DNA of 63,631 nt, the filler included, from Octopus bimaculoides (taxonomy: Eukaryota), in assembly GCF_001194135.2 (NCBI RefSeq). It is 4 parts of 4 records of this genome, joined end to end, with 100 filler letters (N's around TTAATTAATTAA, not from the genome) between each part and the next. Parts side by side here need not be neighbours in the genome. Positions count along the whole stretch, not along the records: positions 27,780 to 56,516 come from NC_068982.1; 3 more parts are not named here. The stretch is one strand, 5' to 3'. The notes beneath the pieces are model-generated. The model did not search any database and had not been told where the DNA came from. It worked only from the letters and a program-made list of their open reading frames with translations. Below are positions 36,423 to 49,629 of the stretch, in pieces (within the stretch, counting starts at the first letter, position 1; each line of letters starts with the position of its first letter). A program made the translations under genes and the position numbers.

Positions 36423-37103
36423 NNNNNNNNNNNNNNNNNNNNNNNNNNNNNNNNNNNNNNNNNNNNNNNNNNNNNNNNNNNNNNNNNNNNNNNNNNNNNN
36501 NNNNNNNNNNNNNNNNNNNNNNNNNNNNNNNNNNNNNNNNNNNNNNNNNNNNNNNNNNNNNNNNNNNNNNNNNNNNNNNNNNNNNNNNNNNNNNNNNNNN
36601 NNNNNNNNNNNNNNNNNNNNNNNNNNNNNNNNNNNNNNNNNNNNNNNNNNNNNNNNNNNNNNNNNNNNNNNNNNNNNNNNNNNNNNNNNNNNNNNNNNNN
36701 NNNNNNNNNNNNNNNNNNNNNNNNNNNNNNNNNNNNNNNNNNNNNNNNNNNNNNNNNNNNNNNNNNNNNNNNNNNNNNNNNNNNNNNNNNNNNNNNNNNN
36801 NNNNNNNNNNNNNNNNNNNNNNNNNNNNNNNNNNNNNNNNNNNNNNNNNNNNNNNNNNNNNNNNNNNNNNNNNNNNNNNNNNNNNNNNNNNNNNNNNNNN
36901 NNNNNNNNNNNNNNNNNNNNNNNNNNNNNNNNNNNNNNNNNNNNNNNNNNNNNNNNNNNNNNNNNNNNNNNNNNNNNNNNNNNNNNNNNNNNNNNNNNNN
37001 NNNNNNNNNNNNNNNNNNNNNNNNNNNNNNNNNNNNNNNNNNNNNNNNNNNNNNNNNNNNNNNNNNNNNNNNNNNNNNNNNNNNNNNNNNNNNNNNNNNN
37101 NNN

Positions 37104-37148
<45 letters not shown>

Positions 37149-37364
37149 ATGCATCTCAGTGTCTTTTTCTCTCCAACTATTCATATAAGTGTGTGCGTGT
37201 GTTTGTACATCTGGGCAATCATTTATATGCACACACTCAGACACATGCATATACATATAGACATATATGTATATATGCATACATACATATATACATGATC
37301 ATATATATATATACATATATATATAGATATAGATATAGATACATATATATATATATACATGCAT

Positions 37365-37403
<39 letters not shown>

Positions 37404-37999
37404 NNNNNNNNNNTCACTCAAATGGAATATATAGGTTCGTATGTTCATAACAAAACATTTTACTTTTGTTTAATATAACCAAATCCCGTAAGGTTTAGCA
37501 TTGCTTTTCTATCAATTCATTTGAATTGTTCATACCTAAACAAAAATAAATAAATAAAAGAAAATAATTGTAGACGAAACAATGAGATGAAATTAAAACA
37601 AAGTAAATAGCTAATTTTATCCATTCCTTTTCCTTTTCTTTTTCTCTGCCAATTTCTTTCCATTTGTATTTGATGTCTCCATTGCATCAGACACCAGTGT
37701 GACACATCCTAAGAAATAATCTCCACTATAATTTGATGTATTCAAAGATTAACTGTTAATAGCCTTATGACAACAAAATGGAACAATGAGTTGAATACAG
37801 AACAAAATATGTTGTGACTTTTAAAATTTGTTTTTTGTGTCTTTATGTCCTGAATTAGAAAGGAAAGTGCCGTCAACTCCACTTTTCATATTTCTGGGGT
37901 CATTGAAATAAGTAACAGTTAAGTACTAGAGAACATCTTGGATGTTCCTCTGGGTCAAGAGTTGGAATCTCAAGAAGGTGTTTATGTCTGCTTGTAATT

Positions 38000-38386
38000 G
38001 TTGTTGTTGTCATTCCGTCGCATACAACGTTGAGGGTTCCAGTTGATCTGATCAATGGAACAGCCTACTTGCGAAATTAATGTGCAAGTGGCTGAGCACT
38101 CCACAGACACGTGTACCCTTAACGTAATTCTTGGGGATATTCAGTGTGACACAGTGTGACAAGGCTGACCCTTTGAATTACAGGCACAACAGAAACAGGA
38201 AGTAAGAGCGAGAGAAAGTTGTGGGGAAAGAGTACAGAAAGGGTTCGCCACCATCCCCTGCCAGAGCCTCGTGGAGCTTTAGGTGTTTTCGCTCAATAAA
38301 CACTCACAATGCCCGGTCTGGGAATCGAAACTGCGATCTTATGACCGCGAGTCTGCTGCCCTAACCACTGGGCCATTGCGCCTCCA
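38000..38386 (-). mobile_element. SINE family D, full length, (AAC)n tail, 11-bp TSD
   Basis: TSD tgcttgtaatt at 37989-37999 and 38387-38397. tRNA-like head. Confidence 0.92.
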
Positions 38387-38485
38387 TGCTTGTAATTACA
38401 TAGGCACCTAATACCATTGACATGGTACACAGTACCAAGTTAGATTCATTTGCAAGTAACAGTTATGCTACAGGTAACGACTTTC

Positions 38486-38486
38486 C

Positions 38487-38563
<77 letters not shown>
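38486..38563. repeat. (ATT)n microsatellite
   Basis: Direct reading. Confidence 0.97.
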
Positions 38564-38565
<2 letters not shown>

Positions 38566-39695
38566 TTATTTATTTATTTTTTCTTTGATATATTACAAAG
38601 AAATGCTATTAAGCAAATTTAGACCCTTAAGTTACTGAAGTTGTGCTATGAGATGCAAGACACTTTGACCTCTAATTATAGGTGGCTGAATATGATTTGC
38701 ATATGTAAGTCACATTTGAACAGAATAGCTGTACTAGTAAAGTAGTTTATGGTGATATGAGCTTAAGTAATATATTTTGCCTCAATGCAAAGGTCATCAT
38801 ACTAAATATTGATGAGAGAGCACTCAAGTTAATGGTAGTCTGTGCAGTTTGTGTAGGATTAATGAGCTTGTTTTGTAACGTTGTGCCTTTCTTTCAATGA
38901 TTTATCCTTTATCGTGGGTCAAAAATTAAATGTAATCTTGATATATACTGTAGTAAGAGTACAGCATTAAAACAGAATACTGACACACAAGTAAAACCAT
39001 GAATGTATCATGTATGCAAACTGATCTACCCATTTTCATTAAGCCCTTAGTAATAATGTATTTATAAGCGGTGACTTCACAGACATTTAAAGAGATTGCT
39101 CAGTTACAGATAAAATCTAAGATTGAAACTTATGAACTTACATCTGTGAAAACATGGTGTTGGCTTAAAGTTTATAGATATTTTCTGTAGTATTATACAG
39201 TACAGAAATAATGTCTTTGCCAAAGGTACAACATTGTTCCAATGAAGAAACATCAATCACTAGTCATTCAGTTGCAGCTATCAATCATTCAGCTTGAGTA
39301 TGTAGGGCATAATGCAAAATCCTCTTAAATTTGTCCATTTATTTCCAACTTATTGAGAAACTCAAAAGAATTGTTCACATTGAACCTTTATAGATTGGGT
39401 CCAATGAGAGTAGGAAATAGAAATTTTATTTGGATAGAATATTTGTTGTGTCAGTTAGCAAGGTGCTAATCAGTTTGTGATATGTTTTGGCCACAAAACA
39501 AGGATTAAGCAACTTAGGCTGATGGGTTATAAAGGAAGTTTATTGTCAAAATGTTGACATGAAAATAGTTTAGAAGAAGAAATGGTAGTAGTGTTTTGTG
39601 GAAAAAAATAGTTTAAAATAGAAAGTCCAAGTGGAGATGGATAGTCTTTGCTGTAGATACTTCTTGACTGGTGTATTTTAATAAATAGATGGCTG

Positions 39696-40110
39696 GGTGC
39701 AGGAGTGGCTGTGTGGTAAGTAGCTTGCTTATAAACCACATGGTTCCGGGTTCAGTCCCACTGCGTGGCACCTTGGGCAAGTGTCTTCTACTATAGCCTC
39801 GGGCTGACTAAAGCCTTGTGAGTGGATTTGGTAGACGGAAACTGAAGGAAGTCCGTTGTATATATGTATATATATATGTAAGTGTGTGTGTGTGTATGTT
39901 TGTGTGTCTGTGTTTGTCCCCCTAACATCGCTTGACAACTGATGCTGGTGTGTTTACGTCCCCGTAGCTTAGCGGTTCGGCAAAAGTGAACAATAGAATA
40001 AGTACTAGGCTTACAAAAAATAAGTCCTGGGGTCGATTTGCTCAATTAAAGGTGGTGCTTCAGCATGGCTGCAGTCAAATGACTGAAACAAGTAAAAGAG
40101 TAAAAGAGAG
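39696..40110 (+). mobile_element. SINE family B, full length, with internal (AT)/(GT) microsatellite
   Basis: ggtgcaggagtggctgtgtggtaag..gggttcagtccc..gtaaaagagtaaaagag. Confidence 0.92.
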
Positions 40111-40323
40111 TAGTGGACACTGTTATGAAATTAGTTTCATGAACAATTGCAACAACGTGATGTACAAAAAAATAAATCAGTGACAACATTAGAAGTTGAA
40201 AAAGCTGCTTTGATAGTTGTAGACACAAAAGAAAAATAACAGAAATAAATGCCATGGGAATAGAAGACACAACTGCATTAATATCATATACATATACATA
40301 AATAGTTTCTAATAGTTTCTATA

Positions 40324-40738
40324 GGTGCAGGAGTGGCTGTGTGGTAAGTAGCTTGCTTACCAACCACATGGTTCTGGGTTCAGTCCCACTGTGTAGCACC
40401 TTGGGCAAGTTTCTTCTACTATAGCCTTGGGCCGACCAAAGCCTTGTGAGTGGATTTGGTAGACGGAAAGTGAAAGAAGCCCGTCGTATATATGTATATA
40501 TATATATATATATGTATGTGTGTATATGTTTGTGTGTCTGTGTTTGTCCCCCCAACTTCGCTTGACAACCGATGCTGGTGTGTTTACGTCCTCGTAACTT
40601 CGTGGTTCAGCAAAAAGAGACCGATAGAATAAGTACTAGGCTTCCAAAGAATAAGTCCTGCGGCCGATTTGCTTGACTAAAAGGCAGTGCCCAGCATGGC
40701 TGCAGTCAAATGACTGAAACAAGTAAAAGAGTAAAAGA
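40324..40738 (+). mobile_element. SINE family B, full length
   Basis: Second copy, colinear with 39696-40110. Confidence 0.92.
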
Positions 40739-42170
40739 ACACAGGTAAGACAAAGTTAGCCATTTAGGAATAACGACGTAGTTGTCTAAATCCAAACCAG
40801 ATCTAGACTTGTACTTTATCTATTCCTGGCAGAATTTGATATCAGAGTCTAAAGGGATGTTTTTATTAAATACTGCAAGCCATTGTTTTACTGATTCTAA
40901 AATCCACTGCATTTAAAAGTAACCATATGGTTCTTCATCCTGCTAGGAATAGGAAACAAATCTTCCTCAAATTACACTCCATCAGCTAAAAAGTTAAAAA
41001 ATGGACATATTGTATAATATTTTTCCTTATGTATTATGTTTGAGGATAAAATCAGGAAAGTCATGTTTAGAATGTCTATGATCAAGAATCTTCACAGTCA
41101 GTACAACAAAAGATATCATATTATGTTTGTTAAAGTTGAATGGAATTAGATTTAATTTAGATGCTTACAAAAGTGAAGAAAAGGATGGTTTATATAAACC
41201 TTGTACAAAAACTGATGGCAAAGCAGGACAATTTTGTAGATTTGCTTTTCAAAAAGTCAAGCAAAATAAAGTAATTTCCTCATATACTGAAGTTGAAATC
41301 TCCTCCTGATGGCTTCAGCAGAGTGGATAAAATAGAGATTTCAGCTACGGTATTGTAAAGGTAGATTCACTACATAGAAGGTGAGAAACTAAAAAAATGG
41401 CAAAGGAAAGAAAATGTGATCTAGAGTATGAAAGATGCTCTTGAGAATAATGTAAAACATGAGATAGGGGTAGGGTTTTAACTATGTGACAATGGTGGTG
41501 AATTTGAGTTTGGAGAAGAGTAGAAAAATAAGCACAAAAATAAGGAAAACAGAATAATAGAGTGCAGCATGCAACAACACAGTTTACAAACTGTAGCAGT
41601 CCAAGCTTAATGGACTTTTCCTTGAATAAACAGCAGTTGTCATAGAGACAGGAAACTTGCATACATGATATTGCCAGTCTTTCTCAAAACTTCTTGTCCA
41701 AGTTTACATATATGTCTAAATATGCATGGTCAGCTTTGACCAAGAGTAGCCCCCATGTGTTTAGTTTAGTTAGGGCCTTTCATGTTCTGAGTTCAATACT
41801 TTCTGAAGTAAACTTTGTTTTTCTTCCTTCAAGGGTTGATAAAATATAGTACCAATTTAGAATAATGGTTTGATGGAATAGTTAAAGCATTGGCAAAAAT
41901 GTCATATGGTAATTAGTCCAGGTTTTTACATTTTGTGTTGATCTATGAAGTATCAAACCCTTGCTTTTACTTTGGAAATTGTTAATATATGGAGAGGGAA
42001 GATTTGTTATGTGGCTAGTTGATCGTCTTTCATAATAAGGAAAAGGATGAAAATATGAATTGGCCCAAGTCTCCTTCTTGAAAATATTTCAAGATATAAA
42101 CTCTGCCTTAGAATGAATATCATTTGTATGTTTATAAGGCTGGCTATGTACAAGTATTTGTTTTCTATCC

Positions 42171-42388
42171 TAGACCCAGGAAGACGTGGAATGGGGTAGA
42201 CCCAGGAAGATATGGCATGAAGTGGTGAGTACAGTTTGTAAAGTGGTTAGCATTAGAAAGGGCATCCAGCCATAGAAACCATGCCAAAACAGTCATGGAG
42301 TCTGGGTAGCTCTTCAGCTGACCAGCTCCTGTCAAAGTATTCAACCCATGCCAGCATGGAAAACAGACGTTAGATGATAATGATGATA
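42171..42388 (+). mobile_element. RTE LINE extreme 3' piece
   Basis: RPRKTW codons (duplicated tagacccaggaaga) followed by the tail and gatgataatgatgat. Confidence 0.7.
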
Positions 42389-42404
42389 TTGTTAAGTCAT
42401 TAAA

Positions 42405-42858
42405 TCATGCTGTTCTTGAGAAGACCTGTTGAGTCAAGTGAAATTGTTGTCGTGGTTGGTGGCCGTGCCACTGGACTGGCCCTAGTGCTGGTGGCATGTA
42501 AAAACTACCATATGAGCATGGTCAATGTCAGTGCCACCTGACTGGCTCCCATGCCAGTGACACGCAAAAAGCACCATTCGAGCAGGGTCGATGCCAGTGC
42601 CACCTGGCTGGCTCCCATGCTGGTGGCATGTAAAAATCACTCACAACACTCTTGGAATGGTTGGCGTAAGGAAGGGCATCTAGCTGTAGAAACCTTGCCA
42701 GATCAGAGTGGAGCCTGATGCAGCCTTCTGGCTTGCCAGTCCTCACTCAAACCGTCCAACCCATGCCAGTATGGAAAGCAGACATTAAGTGACGATGACG
42801 ACGACGACGAGGACAACGATGACGACGATGATGATGATTATGATAATGATGATGATGA
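42405..42858 (+). mobile_element. RTE LINE 3' UTR with three internal repeat units and (GAC/GAT)n tail
   Basis: Colinear with 1480-1805. Confidence 0.85.
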
Positions 42859-43144
42859 TTTGTTTAACAACCACACTTCCATATTAACATGGGCTTGATG
42901 GGGATTATTTGGGTAAGAAGTTTATGGCCAGGTGCTCTTCTTGTTTTCTTAGGTGATATAGTTATCCCATTGGTCCTTCAAAGAGCTGAGCATAACGTGA
43001 ACAACATGAATGTTTCATTTGAGCAATGACAAATGTGGCATATCAACATTAATGAACATTTGCACATGCACACACGGGTGCACACATGCACACACACATA
43101 TATATATGAATGAGTATACATACATAAATATATATACATATGTA

Positions 43145-43177
<33 letters not shown>

Positions 43178-43347
43178 CATCATCATCATCGTTTAACGTC
43201 CGCTTTCCATGCTAGCATGGGTTGGATGATTTGACTGAGGGCTGGCGAACCAGATGGCTGCACCAGGCTCCAATCTGATCTGGCAGAGTTTCTACAGCTG
43301 AATGCCCTTCCTAACGCCAACCACTCCGAGAGTGTAGTGGGTACTTT
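43178..43347 (-). mobile_element. RTE-type 3' tail, inverted
   Basis: catcatcatcgtttaacgtccgctttccatgctagcatgggttgg... Confidence 0.88.
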
Positions 43348-43384
43348 AGCCGTGCCTAATAAAATTGTTAGATTTCAACGTATC

Positions 43385-43565
43385 ATATCGGTTCTATAGT
43401 TTGACACAAGGCCAGTAATTTCAGAGGCAGGGGATAAATCAGTTACATCAACCCCAGTACACAATTGATATTTATTTTATTAACCCTGAAAGGATGAGAG
43501 GCAAAGACAACCTTGGTGGAAGTTGAACTCAGAACCAGGAGTTACAAGAAATGTTGCTATGCATT
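43385..43565 (-). mobile_element. Degenerate SINE family C
   Basis: gacacaaggccagtaatttc..gaaaggatgagaggcaaagacaaccttggtggaagttgaactcagaa. Confidence 0.65.
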
Positions 43566-44414
43566 TTGATTTCAATGCGTAATATTGTGAATTTGATTAT
43601 TATCCAAGTGAATTTCGAATTCAATATCTAATTTCTATTTATATATGATTAAAATTACACATTTGCAGGCATGTATGTGTTTTTATCTACCTAAGTCATC
43701 TGACAAGCATCTATAGTATACTGTACTGTATGTGCGACTGAATAAGTGTGCATATTTTTATGTATGTATATGCGTATGTGTGTAAGGTATGTATTTTTGT
43801 GTCTCTGTTGTGTGTGTGTATTAAAAACGAGGAAAACATTTCTTTATGCAAACCACAACCATACAAACACACACACACATACACACACAGATGCGTGCAC
43901 ACACACACAGATGCGTGCACACACACACACACACACACAAGACACTGACACTGCTCTTGAAAATAGATGGTGTTTTATATACATGTATGTATATATACAT
44001 GCATATACACATGTGTATGTACATATGTATATTATATACATATATTTATCTATCTATTTATATATATATCTATATGTATATATATATGTGTGTGTGTATG
44101 TGTGTGTGTGTGTGTGTGTGNNNNNNNNNNNNNNNNNNNNNNNNNNNNNNNNNNNNNNNNNNNNNNNNNNNNNNNNNNNNNNNNNNNNNNNNNNNNNNNN
44201 NNNNNNNNNNNNNNNNNNNNCTGAGGATTGCTCTGCATTTAAAATGATGTAATGGTTGCATTGTTCAATTGAATAGAGTTATGTGAAATGATCGTACTGC
44301 ATTACCTCTGGATATTCCTTGTTGTTTATTTTCACACACACACACACATGTATATACACCTGTGTGTGTGTGTGTGTGTGTGTGTGCGTGCGCGTGTGTG
44401 TGTGTGCGCGTGTG

Positions 44415-44610
44415 TGTGTCCGTGTTTGTCCCCCATTACTGCTTGACAACTGATGTTGGTATGCTTACGTTCATGTAACTTAGCAGTTTGACAAAAGAGA
44501 CTGATAGACTATGGACCAGGTTTAAAAGGAAATAAGCACTGAAGTCGATCTGCTTGACCAAAAGCTATTCAAGGCCACAGTTTAATGAGCGAAAAAAGTA
44601 AAAGAAAAGA
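44415..44610 (+). mobile_element. SINE family B 3' half, degenerate
   Basis: gtgtttgtccccc..gcttgacaactgatgttggt..aagtaaaagaaaag. Confidence 0.7.
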
Positions 44611-45069
44611 AAGTAAAAGAAATGTATATATAAATGCTTGAACAAATACATACATATATACATGCAATGCATGTATACATACATACAAATGTATACACAC
44701 ACACTCATATATATGTATACACACATTCAATAAAAGACTGTTCAGTCACTTTGAGATCTGATGCCGTCATAGAAGAACTACAGGGCTTATTTGTTATATT
44801 ACAATGGTGGTTTGTTATTGCATTCTTCCAGAGTTCCACATATTCAACAGGATTAATTGATCTGGGACTGTTTGACAGACTTCTGAACAGTTTCTACCTA
44901 CCAAGTTTCCTTCATAAGAGATTGATAAAACTGAAGCTATTGGAAATGATGTTTAGTCAACATGTCACGTAGCAGGATCAAACTAATATTGACTGATAAT
45001 GACAAGCAAACATCTTAATCATACATATGTGTGTGCATGTGTGTGTACATGTGTGTGTGTGTGTGTGCG

Positions 45070-45115
<46 letters not shown>

Positions 45116-45408
45116 NNNNNNNNNNNNNNNNNNNNNNNNNNNNNNNNNNNNNNNNNNNNNNNNNNNNNNNNNNNNNNNNNNNNNNNNNNNNNNNNNNNNN
45201 NNNNNNNNNNNNNNNNNNNNNNNNNNNNNNNNNNNNNNNNNNNNNNNNNNNNNNNNNNNNNNNNNNNNNNNNNNNNNNNNNNNNNNNNNNNNNNNNNNNN
45301 NNNNNNNNNNNNNNNNNNNNNNNNNNNNNNNNNNNNNNNNNNNNNNNNNNNNNNNNNNNNNNNNNNNNNNNNNNNNNNNNNNNATATATATATATATATA
45401 TATATATA

Positions 45409-46274
45409 CAGGGTGTGATGGGTACATTGTCACCATTTCATATTTTTAATTTCGTACATACACATTGTTTGTTTTTGATTTTATCAACTACACAATATAG
45501 TAGGGTCAGTTGGGCAACAACTGTGAGAAAAACAGCACCATGACGCTATTCACTCAGCCAGAAATTTGGAAACGACATGCTGTACTGGTTGGCATTTGTG
45601 CCAAAAGCCCCAATATGAACATTTCAGAGTGTTTGGGTGTCAATCTGAAGATATGTACTGAGAGCTATCAAGATCAAACATCCAGTCAATATCATGGTGT
45701 TTGGAGCGATCCCTAGTGATGGTGACATGACGCCTCCATCTTCCCACACAGCCTCACACTCAACATGGAGGCCTACATCAAGTGCCTAGAGGCGGTAGTG
45801 CTGCCCTGGGTCAAGGGGGTAGCTACTGGAAGACCCTGTCTGGCAAAAGGACTCTGCACCATGTCACACAAGCAAGAGACCCACTTATGATTGTCAGACA
45901 ATTTCTGCAACCACATCATCCCTAACATCTGGCCACCTAACTCTCCAGACTGCAACTCCCTTGATTATTATGTGTGGGGTGCAGTTGAGTGAGGGACCAA
46001 CAAAACTCCCTGTAACACCAAAGATGAACTGAAGGCAAAGATTATGGCAGCATTCTCCAACATAAACAAGGAGCCTATCCAGAAGAGTTGCAGGAGATTC
46101 CAAAGTCATCTGGAAGCTGTGGTTAAAGCAAATGGCGATTTTATTGAATACATTGACTCTTTAGTATATTGACATATTTTTACGTAATTTTGGTAAATAT
46201 ATCTGTTAAAATGAAATGCCGGTGTTATTTTGGCTTTTGTGTAATTTACACGACAGTTTATTCATCACACCCTG
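45409..46274 (+). mobile_element. Internally deleted maT (DD37D) transposon
   Basis: TIRs TA|cagggtgtgatgggtacattgtc and gacagtttattcatcacaccctg|TA. KHPVNIMVFG, WQKDSAPCH..WPPNSPDCNSLDYYVW gives 37 residues between the catalytic Asp positions after restoring a 1-bp deletion. Confidence 0.88.
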
Positions 46275-46278
46275 TATG

Positions 46279-46319
<41 letters not shown>

Positions 46320-46384
46320 ATACAAATGTTGCACAATGAAAGTCAGTGCTGAACACTGCATTGGTGGATATAATTTCTTTATTT

Positions 46385-46510
46385 GTGAATTAAGGCTATC
46401 ATTGGTTTCATGGTTTGTTTTGATTCTTTGTTCGTGTTTAACAATGGTTAACCATTAAACAAATATAGAGAATCAAAAAAACCATGAAACCAATGATAGC
46501 CTTAATTCAC
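46385..46510. repeat. 126-bp palindrome with 32-bp perfect outer arms
   Basis: gtgaattaaggctatcattggtttcatggttt ... aaaccatgaaaccaatgatagccttaattcac. Confidence 0.92.
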
Positions 46511-46520
46511 ATATATATAT

Positions 46521-46559
<39 letters not shown>

Positions 46560-46715
46560 TATGTATATATATATATAGTGAGACAGACAGATAGAGACAA
46601 CTATGCTGATAAACAAATTAAACACACTAATATATATATATATATATATGTTTATATATACACGCACATACACATCTATACACATATATATATATATATA
46701 TATATACATACATAG

Positions 46716-46754
<39 letters not shown>

Positions 46755-46926
46755 TTCAAAAAAACAATAACAAAAAAACAACAAAGTGAGGATGTGATAC
46801 GGATAGTGTTATTGGACGCTCGGGAAAATATATACACACACACACATATATATGTATATATATATAATTATATATGTGTGTGAGTATATATTAAATAAAA
46901 TAAAACAAATGCACGCACTTATATGA

Positions 46927-46965
<39 letters not shown>

Positions 46966-47133
46966 GTGTGTCTACATTTGTATTTGTGAATGTGTAGTTA
47001 GCATCAACTTTAGAAGACCCAGAGTTTGGGGGTGGCACACAAAAAACAGGACAGAGATGAGGAGAATGTACCNNNNNNNNNNNNNNNNNNNNNNNNNNNN
47101 NNNNNNNNNNNNNNNNNNNNNNNNNNNNNNNNN

Positions 47134-47173
<40 letters not shown>

Positions 47174-47879
47174 CAAAGGCACACACAGACACATAGTTGT
47201 CACTACTAATTGCAACATCAACCATCAGCACCTTTACCATAATCCATACTGTTACTGCTTACAGTAACCCACCAGTACTACTACTATGAGTAGTGAACAG
47301 CAGCAAGAAAAGGAAAAGAAAGTAAAACAAAAAAATCAATACAGAACAAGAACAACATTGTCACTGACATTATTATCATCATCACCAATTGTATAAACAC
47401 AGCATAATCAACAACTAACAGGCACATGTCACCGTCAATTACACACATACATTACTACTACCACTATAGCATCACTGTAATCTGTACTACCACCACTATT
47501 GGTACCAAGTATGCCATATCGCCGACTACTACGCACATACATTGTGATCTACGACATCACCAATACCTTCACCACTTCCGTTGTCACTGCTAATTATGCG
47601 CATACATCGCTACTGCCACTAGCATCATCACTGCACAGCAACAGTTATGTACAAAGTATATATTAAATCCATTGTGGATTATACGAGACCAGATTGAACT
47701 ACAGTCAAGTAACTAAGCCAAAAAGGGAATCGCTATGTGATCAGTCAATCGACTATAAATGGCAACCTCTTCTTCCTTATATCACACTTTACTGTCTTCA
47801 AATAAGACACGAGCTGACAATTTGATCCAGGGTTTTCTTGCACTTAGAAAACAACAGTACAATGGTCATAACTGAAATG

Positions 47880-48015
47880 TGCCTTATTGCATTTACTTAT
47901 TTTATCAGCCCCAAAAGGATGAAAGGCAAAATTGACCTTGGTGGAATTTGAACTCAGAATGTAAAAAGCAGATGAAATGCCATTATGCATTTTGTCCAGC
48001 ATGCTAACGATTGTG
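47880..48015 (-). mobile_element. Degenerate SINE family C
   Basis: aaaggatgaaaggcaaaattgaccttggtggaatttgaactcagaatgtaaa..catgctaacgattgtgcca. Confidence 0.7.
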
Positions 48016-48029
48016 CCACCTTAAAAATC

Positions 48030-48061
<32 letters not shown>

Positions 48062-48198
48062 AATATTAACTTTCAATTCAGTAACCATAAGAGCATCACA
48101 ACAAAACCACAGCACATGCCCAAGGCACACAGAGCTGCGCTCGGTAGTGAAGTGAAAGCACGTTATAAAAATAAAACTACTGAATAATAATAATAATG

Positions 48199-48232
<34 letters not shown>

Positions 48233-49377
48233 TAATAATAATATGACGATGATGATGATTACATGTACAACAATGTATAACATTTGATTATAATTTCTCT
48301 ATTTTATATAAGGACTGCAGCTGAAGAGATATTACAAGAACAAATTATAGAAACGGTTAGGATTTACATAGAATCAAGTACAAGAAAACACACATAAAGA
48401 AAAAAACACTATAAATGATAAAGGAAATACAGACGTTCCAATTGCAGGACAAGGAATTTGGAGTCAAACAAGGATTCTTAAAGATCCAGAATCACCCTTA
48501 CTGCCAGGAGCATGCACCCTTGCCTGGCTTTATTCTCAGGCATACAGGGGCATGCTGAGAGTAGGCTCACTTAATGGACACTGAAGCCATACTCTCACCA
48601 TTCTAATATACATACAAGGCCACATCTATGTGTGAGGCACTGTAATCTAAAGTGCAAGGTTGAAACTTATTTTATTGATCCTGGCTGAATAAAAGCAAAT
48701 TTGTCTCCAACAAAAATTGAGTTCTGAAAAAACACTGAAAAATGAAACTAAATATTGTAAACATTTAGGCTTCTTTTCCACCATTTATTCCACCCATAAA
48801 TATAATTTTTTCAAATACAGGGAGAGAGTAAAGGGTGAAGACTGATATTTATCTTAATGACAATAGTGCTGTAGTGCAATTTTAGAGTTGTACTTACTTG
48901 GCAGGTGATTTCATTTAAGATCATATTGAAAATGAAACTGTTACCTCATAGAAGAATTATGATAATCATTTAAGAACACACAAACACACTCAGTTTAATA
49001 TCATAACATAATATTATGGTCTTCATAAAAACATCTCTTTCTAGAAACTACTTGCTATTTGATATTCTGAAGCACAGGTTACTCAATGGTGTCAGAATTT
49101 GCTGTCCCTTCTGGATTATTGAAATGTATATTCGTGTCAGCTCTTTTTAAATACTTCATGTCATTCTCTGTTTCTTCTGATCAAGCACGATCCTGTCTGG
49201 TTTAAAATAGCTCTCAGATCCTTTAAGAAAATACCAACCAGCTGATTTGTTTTGGTAAAGCTTTGCTTCTGTCATTACTTTGTACTTTTTGACCAACCTA
49301 ATCAGCATCACCTTCATACACAGAGATCAATCTTTTGAGCCCTAATCAAGTGGGGTTTAATGTAACATTGTATGGTA

Positions 49378-49629
49378 TGTTTGGGGAGAGTCATTTTCTT
49401 TTGTGCCTTATAATTTAACACATTCACCAGTAAAATTTTCACCTATCTCTTATTTTTATTTTTCTAAAATTTTCGTTGCATCTTGCAACCTTTTCAATAG
49501 TCTTGACTATCGAAAAGGTTGCAAGAAGCAACGAAAATTTTAGAAAAATTAATAAGAAATAAGTGGAAATTTTACCGGTAAGTGTGTTAAATCATAAGGC
49601 ACAAAAAAAGAATAACTCTCCCCAGACAC
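49378..49629. repeat. About 250-bp near-perfect palindrome with a 2-nt centre
   Basis: tgtttggggagagtc...ccttttcaatagtc-tt-gactatcgaaaagg...aactctccccagaca. Confidence 0.95.

Noticed and set aside
41161-41270. Candidate exon AYKSEEKDGLYKPCTKTDGKAGQFCRFAFQKVKQNK
   Set aside because: Splice sites are plausible, but the opposite strand (about 41200-41650) loosely resembles a decayed CR1 3' end and I recognise no homologue. Too weak either way.
48420-48590. Exon or RT motif (GVKQG; LRVGSLN)
   Set aside because: Isolated short motifs in different frames. At most a LINE relic, not supportable.
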